Virus record (IMG/VR): IMGVR_UViG_3300050581_000202 | Reading direction: 5' to 3' (one strand) | DNA length: 22,700 nt | Source: a virus | Taxonomy: Duplodnaviria > Heunggongvirae > Uroviricota > Caudoviricetes | Shown here: positions 16,118 through 22,700 of the stretch, one piece after another | Numbering within the stretch: position 1 is the stretch's first letter | Layout of the letters: each line of letters opens with the position of its first letter | Notes under the pieces: generated by a model | The model's database searches: none | The model's input: the letters and a program-made list of their open reading frames with translations, nothing else | Told to the model about the DNA's origin: nothing | Made by a program: the position numbers and the translations under genes

Positions 16118-17341
16118 ATGGCCTCCATCGAACAAGACCCGGCCTCCGGCAACTGGCGCATCCGAATCTACTTCGACAAGAAGCAGTATTTCCGTTCCTG
16201 CGACACGACGGATGAGGACGCCGCCCGGCGCACCCTGGGCACCGTCGAAGAAACGATTTCCCTTCTCAAGAGGGGAAGGCTAGTCATCCCAGACGAAACG
16301 GATGACATCGCCGAGTTCCTGATTAACGGCGGGAAGGTGACGGAGAAGGCACCGAAGATGGTGCGAAAGACGCTCAAGGAAGTGATCGACGCCTACTTCG
16401 CAGCCATCCCCTCGGGGGCCAAGGAAGCGAACTCCTTGCTCACGGAGAGAATCCACCTGGGGCACTTCCAACGACTGCTCAAGGGCACGACGCCGATCCG
16501 GGCAATCGGGGTGCCGGCATTGCAGAAGTATGTCGTCGAACGGAGCGACGAAAGCGGCATCCGGGGCCGCAAGATCAAGTCCGGCACGATTCGGAAGGAA
16601 CTGGTCACGTTCGGTCAGTTGTGGCGGTTTGCCAAGGCAAACAACTGGGTCAGCACGGACTATGACCGCAAAGCCATCAAGCTGCCAAAGTCGGCCGAGA
16701 AGCCACCCTTCCAGACCTGGGAGGAAATCGAAGCCAAGGTCAAGGCCGGCGGCTTGACTGATGCGGAAGTCAGCGACCTGTGGGACTGCCTGTTCTTGCG
16801 AGGCAAAGAGATTTTGGCCTTCCTCACCTACGTCGAAAAGAATGGCAAGGCCCCTTGGATTCACCCGGCGTTGGCAATCGCAGCCTATACCGGCGCGCGC
16901 CGATCTGAGATCATGCGGTCGGAGTGCGCGGATTTCGACTTTCAGCGGCCGATGGTGCTGCTCCGCGAGAAGAAGCGAGAGCGAGGAAAAGTGACCTTCC
17001 GAACGGTCGATTTCCACGACGACCTTCAGACGATCATGCGGAAGTGGTTCAAGGAGGGACACCCCGGCGGCAAGTACACGATCTGCGCGGAGGCGAATGT
17101 TCCCCTAACGCCCGATGAAGCCGATCGCACCTTCCAGGCGACGATCGCCGGTAGCAAGTGGGCGGTGCTTCGAGGCTACCATGTGCTGCGGCACTCCTTC
17201 GCTTCGCTCTGTGCGATGAAGGCGGTGCCGGAGCACACGATTAGCCGATGGATGGGCCACGAGACCGAGGAAATGAAGAAGAGATACCGGCATCTCTACC
17301 CGGAGCAGACGAAGCGGGCCATGCAGAAGCTATTTGGCTGA
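16118..17341 (+). CDS. Tyrosine recombinase/phage integrase (407 aa)
   Basis: ATG at 16118 with AGGA RBS. N-terminal arm-binding-like beta segment (WRIRIYFDKKQYFRS). Catalytic set: R (YTGARRSEI), HxxR (HVLRH), H (MGH), Y (KRYRH). Confidence 0.95.
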   Translation: MASIEQDPASGNWRIRIYFDKKQYFRSCDTTDEDAARRTLGTVEETISLLKRGRLVIPDETDDIAEFLINGGKVTEKAPKMVRKTLKEVIDAYFAAIPSGAKEANSLLTERIHLGHFQRLLKGTTPIRAIGVPALQKYVVERSDESGIRGRKIKSGTIRKELVTFGQLWRFAKANNWVSTDYDRKAIKLPKSAEKPPFQTWEEIEAKVKAGGLTDAEVSDLWDCLFLRGKEILAFLTYVEKNGKAPWIHPALAIAAYTGARRSEIMRSECADFDFQRPMVLLREKKRERGKVTFRTVDFHDDLQTIMRKWFKEGHPGGKYTICAEANVPLTPDEADRTFQATIAGSKWAVLRGYHVLRHSFASLCAMKAVPEHTISRWMGHETEEMKKRYRHLYPEQTKRAMQKLFG

Positions 17342-17632
17342 TCGCGGCGGGAGTCTGGGCACGCCCTCTTGTTCAAGCCGCGTCAGTTCATCGGCCGCAA
17401 TGCGCCACTGGCTGTCCTCGCCCTTTTCGGCTCGAATCTTGCCGTGGCTGCACAACTGCCGCAGCGTCCATGCGGCGCGGTTGAGCCGTTCTCCAGCGTC
17501 TTGCAAGTTGTACCATCGCCGGTCCCTGGCTACGCGCATCAGGCGCAGGATTTCCAAATTCTGCTCCTTGATTTGACGGATTTCTTCCAGGATGCCAGGG
17601 GCGACGGCGGTGTTCGATTCCGATGGTGTCAT
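17330..17632 (-). CDS. Excisionase-like MerR/HTH_17 DNA-binding protein (100 aa; alternative start at 17701)
   Basis: WYNLQDAGERLNRAAWTLRQLCSHGKIRAEKGEDSQWRIAADEL winged-HTH pattern; overlaps the integrase 3' end convergently by 12 nt. Confidence 0.8.
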   Translation of the reverse strand: MTPSESNTAVAPGILEEIRQIKEQNLEILRLMRVARDRRWYNLQDAGERLNRAAWTLRQLCSHGKIRAEKGEDSQWRIAADELTRLEQEGVPRLPPRSAK

Positions 17633-17675
17633 GGTCGAGATGCTAGTTGGTCGATGCGCTCGAAACGTTGCTGGA

Positions 17676-17978
17676 TTACGAAATTCGTCGGCGAGCCTCA
17701 TGCCGCTCGATTTCCTCGACAGGGATGCGGACGCGCCCGCCGACCCGCACGCAACGGAGATGGCCGGCCAGGCACATTTGGTAGACCCTCTTGCTGCTTG
17801 TGTGCAGTAGCTCGGCCGCCTCTTTCACTCCGAGCGCTTGCCGGTCGTCCGGTTCAATGATGATCGGCCCCGGTGTCGGTCGGCTGAGCATGTCGGCCAA
17901 CGTGAGCACGGCAGCGGCCACCGGGTCGCTGGCTTCGAGAAGGTACTCGGTGAAGAGTCGTTTGGTCTCGGCGTTCAT
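17676..17978 (-). CDS. Excisionase-like HTH_17 DNA-binding protein (100 aa)
   Basis: LGVKEAAELLHTSSKRVYQMCLAGHLRCVRVGGRVRIPVEEIE is the classic excisionase-family pattern. Confidence 0.88.
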   Translation of the reverse strand: MNAETKRLFTEYLLEASDPVAAAVLTLADMLSRPTPGPIIIEPDDRQALGVKEAAELLHTSSKRVYQMCLAGHLRCVRVGGRVRIPVEEIERHEARRRIS

Positions 17979-17984
17979 GCGGTC

Positions 17985-18350
17985 TTAGCGGCGGCGGAAC
18001 AGTCCCCGGCGGCAAGGCTGACAGGCGGGGCGCGGCTCGGTTCGTGGTTCTACCACCTTGGCGGCCAGCGGCTCGGGCACCGCGGCGATTGGGGCCGCGA
18101 TCTCCACTTCCACGGGCACCTCGATGGTGGTCGGCGTGACTGTGGGCGGGGTCGGCGTCGGTGCCAGAATCGGCTCGGGGGCGATCTTGACCGGCGGAGC
18201 GGCAGTCAGCGGCGCGAGGGTCAGCCAGACACCCAGGGCCACGGCCGAGGCAATCAGGGCGGCAGCGGTAGTCAGGCGGCTGAGCAGGTCGGGACGAGTC
18301 ATGGTGCGGCGTCTTTCACGTAGGTGTAATCCTTGTCGGGATTGGGACAT
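17985..18350 (-). CDS. Membrane-anchored Pro/Thr-rich protein with CxxC-RRGLFRRR tail (start at 18350 or 18302)
   Basis: TM segment AAALIASAVALGVWLTLA, Pro-rich stalk; TGATG coupling to the upstream gene. Confidence 0.65.
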   Translation of the reverse strand: MSQSRQGLHLRERRRTMTRPDLLSRLTTAAALIASAVALGVWLTLAPLTAAPPVKIAPEPILAPTPTPPTVTPTTIEVPVEVEIAAPIAAVPEPLAAKVVEPRTEPRPACQPCRRGLFRRR

Positions 18351-18610
18351 CAGCCGTGCTTCTCGTTGATGTCATGGACGACGCCCTTTATGAACCGGCG
18401 TGCGGCCTTGAAGCGGAGGATCAAGGCACTGCCCAGACACCCGCCCACGGCCATGCCGATGCCCGAAAGCGTGGACGTGGCGAGGTTCAAGAGGGTTTCC
18501 GAGCGGTGCATCGCGGCGTAGGTCAGAGCCGAGGCGGCGGATGCCGCGACGACCAACAGGGCCAGCGTGCCGGTCAAGTAGGCAATCAGGCGTTGCAGGT
18601 TTGCTTTCAT
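18350..18610 (-). CDS. Small two-TM membrane protein (86 aa)
   Basis: Likely ATG at 18610 (MKANLQRL...), two hydrophobic helices and a charged C-terminus. Confidence 0.7.
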   Translation of the reverse strand: MKANLQRLIAYLTGTLALLVVAASAASALTYAAMHRSETLLNLATSTLSGIGMAVGGCLGSALILRFKAARRFIKGVVHDINEKHG

Positions 18611-18641
18611 CGGTTCACCATTCGTATGAGTCGGTAGCTTC

Positions 18642-18968
18642 TCATGGCAGCGGTCCCCACAGCCCCAGTTCCTCTCCGTAGCGGTCGGCATACCGGAAGA
18701 AATCCTCTTCGTGTGCATGTTCATCACCGAGGGCCTGGATTGCGGCATATAGCTCGTTGAAGCGACGGGCTAGGGTCTCGGCGACCTCGCGGGAACGTTG
18801 CCCCTGGTCCAGGCAGCGGCCAATCTCCTCCAGTTCCGCCATCATCGTCTGGGCATCCTTCCGCATTTGCTGAATCTGCCTGGCGGCCCGGTGGCAGATG
18901 ACTACGGCCTGCTTCTGTTGCGGCGTTAGAGAATTCCACTTTTCTTCCCACTCAGTCACGGCGTTCAT
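18642..18968 (-). CDS. Hypothetical helical protein (108 aa)
   Basis: ATG at 18968 with AAGGAG RBS, ATGA-coupled to the upstream small ORF. Confidence 0.75.
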   Translation of the reverse strand: MNAVTEWEEKWNSLTPQQKQAVVICHRAARQIQQMRKDAQTMMAELEEIGRCLDQGQRSREVAETLARRFNELYAAIQALGDEHAHEEDFFRYADRYGEELGLWGPLP

Positions 18969-19120
18969 TTCTCCTTGGCGAGTTCGCGTTTGGCGGCAGC
19001 CCGCTCCAGCCGATGAGTGACGGTCTTGTTCTTCTTGCCCGGATCGACGCAGCCCTTCGTTGGCCGACGGGACCAGTATTCGTAGCCCGGCCCCTTGGCA
19101 CCCTTCTTCGTGCGGCTCAC
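18965..19120 (-). CDS. Small basic protein MSRTKKGAKGPGYEYWSRRP... (51 aa, not in the ORF track)
   Basis: GTG overlaps the upstream TGA (GTGA) and its TGA overlaps the downstream ATG (ATGA); fills the gap exactly. Confidence 0.75.
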   Translation of the reverse strand: MSRTKKGAKGPGYEYWSRRPTKGCVDPGKKNKTVTHRLERAAAKRELAKEK

Positions 19121-19326
19121 TGGATCGTTCCTCGTTCATCCGGTCGCGCAGGCGGGCGAAAGCACGGGCGCGGCGTCAGGTCGCCGTTGCTGTGGATCAG
19201 CTTCCAATGCTTCCTTCGACACTGCCAACAGTAGCGATGGCTGCCCTGGGCCGTGCGGATCGTGCGGAACGTTGCTCCGCAATCGGGACAAATCTTGGTT
19301 AGTAGTGGCAGTGGCATCGGTGTCAC
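19117..19326 (-). CDS. Small zinc-finger protein (69 aa)
   Basis: CPDC...CWQC; GTGA coupling at both ends. Confidence 0.7.
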   Translation of the reverse strand: MTPMPLPLLTKICPDCGATFRTIRTAQGSHRYCWQCRRKHWKLIHSNGDLTPRPCFRPPARPDERGTIQ

Positions 19327-19496
19327 TCCAGCGGCGGCAGTCTCAGGTCATGGGCGATCTTTGCGGCCAGCTTGTGTTCGAGGGCATCGAGGCCGGGTCC
19401 ACCAGCGATTTCGCGCAGGTGCTCGTAGACCCGGCGTGCCTCGGCCGTCGAGAGAATCACAATCGCGCTGCCGTCGATGTCGGTGCTGGGCATCAT
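19323..19496 (-). CDS. Small hypothetical protein MMPSTDIDGSAIVILS... (57 aa, not in the ORF track)
   Basis: GGAGA RBS at 19505-19501, directly after the tRNA; stop overlaps the next GTG. Confidence 0.65.
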   Translation of the reverse strand: MMPSTDIDGSAIVILSTAEARRVYEHLREIAGGPGLDALEHKLAAKIAHDLRLPPLE

Positions 19497-19507
19497 TCAT
19501 TCTCCAG

Positions 19508-19581
19508 TAGCCCCGGCGGGACTCGAACCCGCATCCCAGGCTTGAAGGGCCTTATCCTGTCCAATTAGAAATGACGGGGCT
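19508..19581 (-). tRNA. Element-borne tRNA-Glu(TTC)-like gene with non-canonical features
   Basis: Perfect 7-bp acceptor AGCCCCG/CGGGGCT plus discriminator A; perfect T-arm GCGGG-TTCGAGT-CCCGC; anticodon arm AGGC-CCTTCAA-GCCT. C instead of U at position 33, a 4-bp anticodon stem, enlarged/weak D-arm, no encoded CCA. Confidence 0.7.
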
Positions 19582-19587
19582 TGCGGT

Positions 19588-19887
19588 TCACTTTGGTTCC
19601 TTCTTCAGCACTCGCCCAACGGCCTTGCTGGCGGCAGCCGCCAGCTTGCCCAGTTCGGTCTTAGCATCCACGGCGGCCTGGGTTAGTTGCAGCAGGCCGA
19701 CGAGATCGCTGGCGGCGGTACTGTAGGCCGGGTCGGTCGAATCGGCAGAGTTGACTACGCCGGTCTGCGTCTCGACCTCCTTGCGAAGGGCCGTTACCAG
19801 AACGGTCAACTCGTTGTCGGTCGCGGCCAGGTCGGCGATGCGGAGTTGCTTCAGACGGCCGAGGCTCTCACGGATGTCGCTGTTCAT
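19588..19887 (-). CDS. Hypothetical coiled-coil protein (99 aa)
   Basis: ATG directly follows the exonuclease TGA; Ala/Leu-rich helices. Confidence 0.7.
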   Translation of the reverse strand: MNSDIRESLGRLKQLRIADLAATDNELTVLVTALRKEVETQTGVVNSADSTDPAYSTAASDLVGLLQLTQAAVDAKTELGKLAAAASKAVGRVLKKEPK

Positions 19888-20592
19888 TCACGTTCCTTTC
19901 AGTCGTTTGATGCCCAGTCGAACCAGCCGCACAACCGCCAGGGCATCTTCCACGGCGGTGTGGGCTACTTTGCCGTCCAGCCCGGCCCGCTCGTAGCAAG
20001 TCTTGCTGTCGGGCAGCTTTTCGTCGTTAATAGGCCGCCAATAGAGGATGGCGGGGTCTAGGACGCGGTGCCGAAACTTCACGACGCGCGTGAATCCCGG
20101 CAGCCGGTAAAGAAACTGCATGTCGAAGCTGGCGAAGTTCTTGCCGGCCGCCTGCAAGTGCATTGGGTCCAGGCCGTTGGCCTTGGCCCACTGGGCCAGT
20201 TGCGCGCCCAATTCCTCCGGCTTGCAAAACTCACACGTCTGCGGCGGATTGGCGATCTGCTTCAGCAGACCGGCGTTCAGCGCCATCGCGTAGGGGCTGC
20301 CCGTGACCGTCTCGTAGGTCAGCACCCGCCGGAATCGCTGAAGCTGGTCGATAGGCGTCTTCCAATCGTCTATCACGGCTCCAACTTCGAGCGTCTGGCA
20401 GGCGGCCGGATCGAGCCCCGTGGTTTCGATGTCGATGCTGACGTAGGGCATTTTGGGCGGCGTGGCTGGCAGTGCCGGCTCGTTGGCAGCCCGCCAGTAG
20501 TGGCCGCTCCAACCACAGCCCGAGCACTGGCCAACATCTGGATTGCCGGTCGGCCTCAATAGCTCTTCGCAGTTCGGGCAGAGTTTCTTCAC
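19888..20592 (-). CDS. DEDDh 3'-5' exonuclease (DnaQ/oligoribonuclease-like) with N-terminal zinc ribbon (234 aa)
   Basis: GTG at 20592 (GTGA overlap). ExoI DIETTG, ExoII GKNFASFD, ExoIII HTAVEDA. N-terminal CPNC...CSGCGW. Confidence 0.9.
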   Translation of the reverse strand: MKKLCPNCEELLRPTGNPDVGQCSGCGWSGHYWRAANEPALPATPPKMPYVSIDIETTGLDPAACQTLEVGAVIDDWKTPIDQLQRFRRVLTYETVTGSPYAMALNAGLLKQIANPPQTCEFCKPEELGAQLAQWAKANGLDPMHLQAAGKNFASFDMQFLYRLPGFTRVVKFRHRVLDPAILYWRPINDEKLPDSKTCYERAGLDGKVAHTAVEDALAVVRLVRLGIKRLKGT

Positions 20593-21107
20593 GGCTGATC
20601 TCCGTCGATGATCTCGGCGTTGTGCTTGAAGAGCATGGCTTGAACCCAGTCTTCGCTCTCGATGTGCCAGGCCCCACACGAGCAAGGGCCGATCAGCGTG
20701 TCGCATGGCTGGCCGCCGTTGTAGTGGCGGTCGGTCCAGTTTGCCGGCCACGGAACCGCGCCGTTTATACGGCGTAGCTGCTGTCGCACGGCGCGGCTCC
20801 GTAGCGAGACCAGCATTTCGATGATCGAGTGGACGGCGTGCCGCCGGGCAAGACGGACCCGTTGCAGGTCGGCCTCGGTGGCGTCGCCGGCATCATAAAT
20901 CTGCTCGGCGAGCAATTCTTTGCGGCACACGTCGCGGTACAGTTCGAGGGTCTGCGCGGCGGCTAACACGGGGTTGAATACGTCGCTCTCCGGCGGCACC
21001 AGCAGGACTTCCTGCCGATCTCCCCACCAGCCGCAGACCTCGCACAAGCGGTCGGCGTCTCGGCTGCTTTCCAGGGGTGCCGTGCAACGAGGACAGAACT
21101 CAGCCAT
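20589..21107 (-). CDS. Zinc-ribbon protein with a second Cys/His cluster (172 aa)
   Basis: ATG at 21107 with GAGGA RBS; CPRC...CEVCGWWG and CDTLIGPCSCGAWH. Confidence 0.75.
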   Translation of the reverse strand: MAEFCPRCTAPLESSRDADRLCEVCGWWGDRQEVLLVPPESDVFNPVLAAAQTLELYRDVCRKELLAEQIYDAGDATEADLQRVRLARRHAVHSIIEMLVSLRSRAVRQQLRRINGAVPWPANWTDRHYNGGQPCDTLIGPCSCGAWHIESEDWVQAMLFKHNAEIIDGDQP

Positions 21108-21300
21108 TTTCCGGTTCCTCGTTGAAGCCCTTGCTTTCCAGCTTGAAGTCCACAACCACTTTGTTGGCTGCCTGCCGTCCGAACCTCCGGTCGATCTCGG
21201 CCAGCGCGAGTCGGATGATGTTGTGCGAATATGGCCGCTTGCCCACGTAAGGGGTTTCTCACTTTATCCGCTGCCGTAGTTCGCGCAAGGTTTCGCTCAC
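21100..21300 (-). pseudogene. 66-codon gene interrupted by an in-frame TGA at codon 14 (MSETLRELRQRIK*ETPYVGKRPYSHNII...)
   Basis: GTG at 21300 overlaps the upstream TGA. The frame stays open after TGA 21261-21259 to a stop overlapping the next ATG. Fills the gap exactly. Confidence 0.65.
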
Positions 21301-21680
21301 AGCCTTAGCTCGCGGAGGGCATGGATTTCGTCTTTCGTGAGCCTCTGGAGCGCTTCGCGCCGGAGCCGGTGGAGTCGGTCGTACTCGTCTTTCTCTTGGC
21401 GGTACGCTTCGAGGCTCGCTTGGTACGCTTGGCGGCAGGCTTCTTTGGTGCCTTTGCCACTCCCTCGACACTCGGGGCAGTCGATGCGTCGGACGTTTCG
21501 GTATCCTTCGACCGGGCACGGCGGGTCCGCCGGGTCGTCGATCCGTCCTTGCCCTCGGCAGGCGAGGCAGGGGTAGCGGTTTCCGAAGTCGCTGCCGTGG
21601 GCAAGGCAGAAGAGTCCGAAGTTTTTGTAGGATCGTCGGGGCCGGGCGCGTCGGAAGCCGGTTGTGAATTCTCGGTGCAT
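21297..21680 (-). CDS. DnaJ-type zinc-finger protein (127 aa)
   Basis: Two CxxCxGxG motifs (CLACRGQG, CPECRGSG) and a charged helical tail. Confidence 0.8.
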   Translation of the reverse strand: MHREFTTGFRRARPRRSYKNFGLFCLAHGSDFGNRYPCLACRGQGRIDDPADPPCPVEGYRNVRRIDCPECRGSGKGTKEACRQAYQASLEAYRQEKDEYDRLHRLRREALQRLTKDEIHALRELRL

Positions 21681-22111
21681 GACTCGTCTTCTTCGTCAGT
21701 GCGGTACTTGCCCGGCCGGTTGTCGGTCAGGATGGCATACAGCCGGCGGTCCAGTTTCTTTCTCGCCCACAAGGGCAAGCCGCTCGGCAGCTTGCCGCCG
21801 AACAGTTCCTTCAAGGCCCGAACGCCCGTGGCCTCGCACGCCTTTGCCCAGAGGCGCTTGTGCTTCTCGCACTCCTCCTCGGCCGCCTTCAATGTCTTCA
21901 TCAGGCGGCGGTTGAGATTCACGAAGTCCCACATCGGATGCAGCGTTCCATCGCTGTAGGGGATCAGGGTTCGCACGCACGCCTGGAAACCAGCCGGCAC
22001 GCGAACGCCGTAGACCTCCTTGCGCCAAACGATCCGGTAGCCCTCTTCCGAGAACCACGTTCGCCGGACTTTTTGGTTCTGACCACGCTTCTTCTTGCGG
22101 TGGAATTCCAT
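21305..22111 (-). CDS. Hypothetical phage-type protein: ~144-aa core plus 124-aa Lys/Arg/Ser/Thr-rich tail overlapping the next gene
   Basis: TGATG coupling to the upstream gene; globular-looking N-terminal part; low-complexity tail over 21305-21680. Confidence 0.7.
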   Translation of the reverse strand: MEFHRKKKRGQNQKVRRTWFSEEGYRIVWRKEVYGVRVPAGFQACVRTLIPYSDGTLHPMWDFVNLNRRLMKTLKAAEEECEKHKRLWAKACEATGVRALKELFGGKLPSGLPLWARKKLDRRLYAILTDNRPGKYRTDEEDESCTENSQPASDAPGPDDPTKTSDSSALPTAATSETATPASPAEGKDGSTTRRTRRARSKDTETSDASTAPSVEGVAKAPKKPAAKRTKRASKRTAKRKTSTTDSTGSGAKRSRGSRKTKSMPSAS

Positions 22112-22302
22112 CAGCCTCTTCCTCGGCCCTTACGCGGGTGCCCATCTTCGTACTTGTTGTGCCCCTTGGGTGGCGTCACGAGCACGCGGCGAACCTTCTT
22201 CCGGCCGCATTTCTCGCAGCGCGCGGGCTGCTTGGCGTCCATTGCCTGGAATGCCTCGAACGCATGGCCGCACGCGCTGCACTGAAGGTCATACAGCGGC
22301 AT
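22111..22302 (-). CDS. FmdB-family zinc-ribbon protein (63 aa)
   Basis: MPLYDLQCSACGHAFEAFQAM...CEKCG...VRRVL matches the MPxYxYxCxxCG...CPxCG pattern. Confidence 0.88.
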   Translation of the reverse strand: MPLYDLQCSACGHAFEAFQAMDAKQPARCEKCGRKKVRRVLVTPPKGHNKYEDGHPRKGRGRG

Positions 22303-22303
22303 A

Positions 22304-22522
22304 TCAGTTTTCCGGCTCGGCCTGCGGCCGTTCGACGACGACCACGTTCTTGAGGTTGGTGATCTTCACCGGGCGGCCGGTGTTGCTGTAGCCGCCAACG
22401 GAATCCGGCGTTACACGAATGACGTTCATCTTGTTCAGTCCCATCGCAGAGCCGCGCCGCCACGGGTAGACAATCAGGTCGCCAGGTCGGATTTCGCGGC
22501 CCAGGAAGTCGCTCGGGTTCAT
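22304..22522 (-). CDS. Small beta-rich (KOW/SH3-like) hypothetical phage protein (72 aa)
   Basis: AAGGA RBS; DFLGREIRPGDLIVY start typical of small phage beta-barrels. Confidence 0.75.
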   Translation of the reverse strand: MNPSDFLGREIRPGDLIVYPWRRGSAMGLNKMNVIRVTPDSVGGYSNTGRPVKITNLKNVVVVERPQAEPEN

Positions 22523-22636
22523 GGTTGTCCTTTCACAGGGAAGTAAGAGTGGTGCGACCGTCGATCAACGCGCCCCGCACCGTGGGCCGATTCCAACCCG
22601 TTTCAGGAGGCGAAGGGTCTGGTTGCTTGACGGGCT

Positions 22637-22700
22637 TCAGACGGCGCACCCGCCCGATGTCGCCAGTGCGATGTCTTCGGGAGTCAGCGATTCGTATTCG
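22637..22700 (-). CDS. 3' end of a gene entering from beyond the window (...EYESLTPEDIALATSGGCAV*)
   Basis: Open frame from the window edge to TGA at 22639-22637, same strand as the operon; only 20 codons visible. Confidence 0.4.
   Translation of the reverse strand, partial: EYESLTPEDIALATSGGCAV

Larger units (their letters stand above)
15826..22700. mobile_element. Left end of an integrated prophage/genomic island (continues beyond the window)
   Basis: tRNA-derived att, adjacent tyrosine integrase, convergent excisionase-like genes, and tightly overlapping small phage-type ORFs. No structural genes in the window. Confidence 0.8.

Noticed and set aside
17985-18610. Holin/spanin lysis cassette
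   Set aside because: No endolysin, no lipoprotein o-spanin and no virion genes in the window; topology alone is insufficient.
19535-19552. Opal-suppressor (TCA anticodon) reading of the element tRNA, which would neatly explain the TGA at 21261
   Set aside because: In the TCA register (AGGCC/CCTGG) the anticodon stem does not pair; only the TTC register gives a stem.
19-22463. Numerous alternative-frame and antisense ORFs in the six-frame track (e.g. 1394-2161, 5155-5859, 12585-13490, 16280-17062, 21321-21959)
   Set aside because: They overlap better-supported genes and have the composition expected of shadow ORFs in high-GC DNA.

Overview
GC-rich bacterial DNA, probably Planctomycetota (inferred from protein style), almost entirely accessory, in three blocks. 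(1) 1-9625: a divergent membrane-anchored coiled-coil gene, then a + strand cluster. The cluster has an atypical ECF sigma factor, an overlapping single-TM putative anti-sigma factor, three exported proteins sharing a duplicated ~170-aa beta-sandwich (carbohydrate-binding-like) module (one alone, one with an SH3-like domain, one fused to a GH17 beta-1,3-glucanase/transglucosylase), and two lipoproteins. The anti-sigma C-terminus appears to be a divergent fourth copy of the module, which suggests a glucan-sensing ECF system. (2) 9825-14945: a mostly translationally coupled - strand operon of ECF sigma, DUF4326, SF2 helicase, a basic protein of eight ~55-aa His-rich repeats, a SAM-methyltransferase-like protein and a hypothetical protein. 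(3) 15826-22700: the 3' half of a tRNA-Leu(GAG), starting exactly at the anticodon loop (att junction), then a terminator, a tyrosine integrase and a dense - strand run of prophage-like small genes. These include two excisionase-like HTH genes, a DEDDh exonuclease, zinc-finger proteins, a FmdB-type zinc ribbon, a non-canonical tRNA-Glu-like gene, a gene broken by an in-frame TGA and a 376-nt same-strand overlap. Upstream of the att are two palindromes with the geometry of the tRNA anticodon stem-loop and a pair of DnaA boxes. Family assignments come from motifs recognised by eye; no searches were run.
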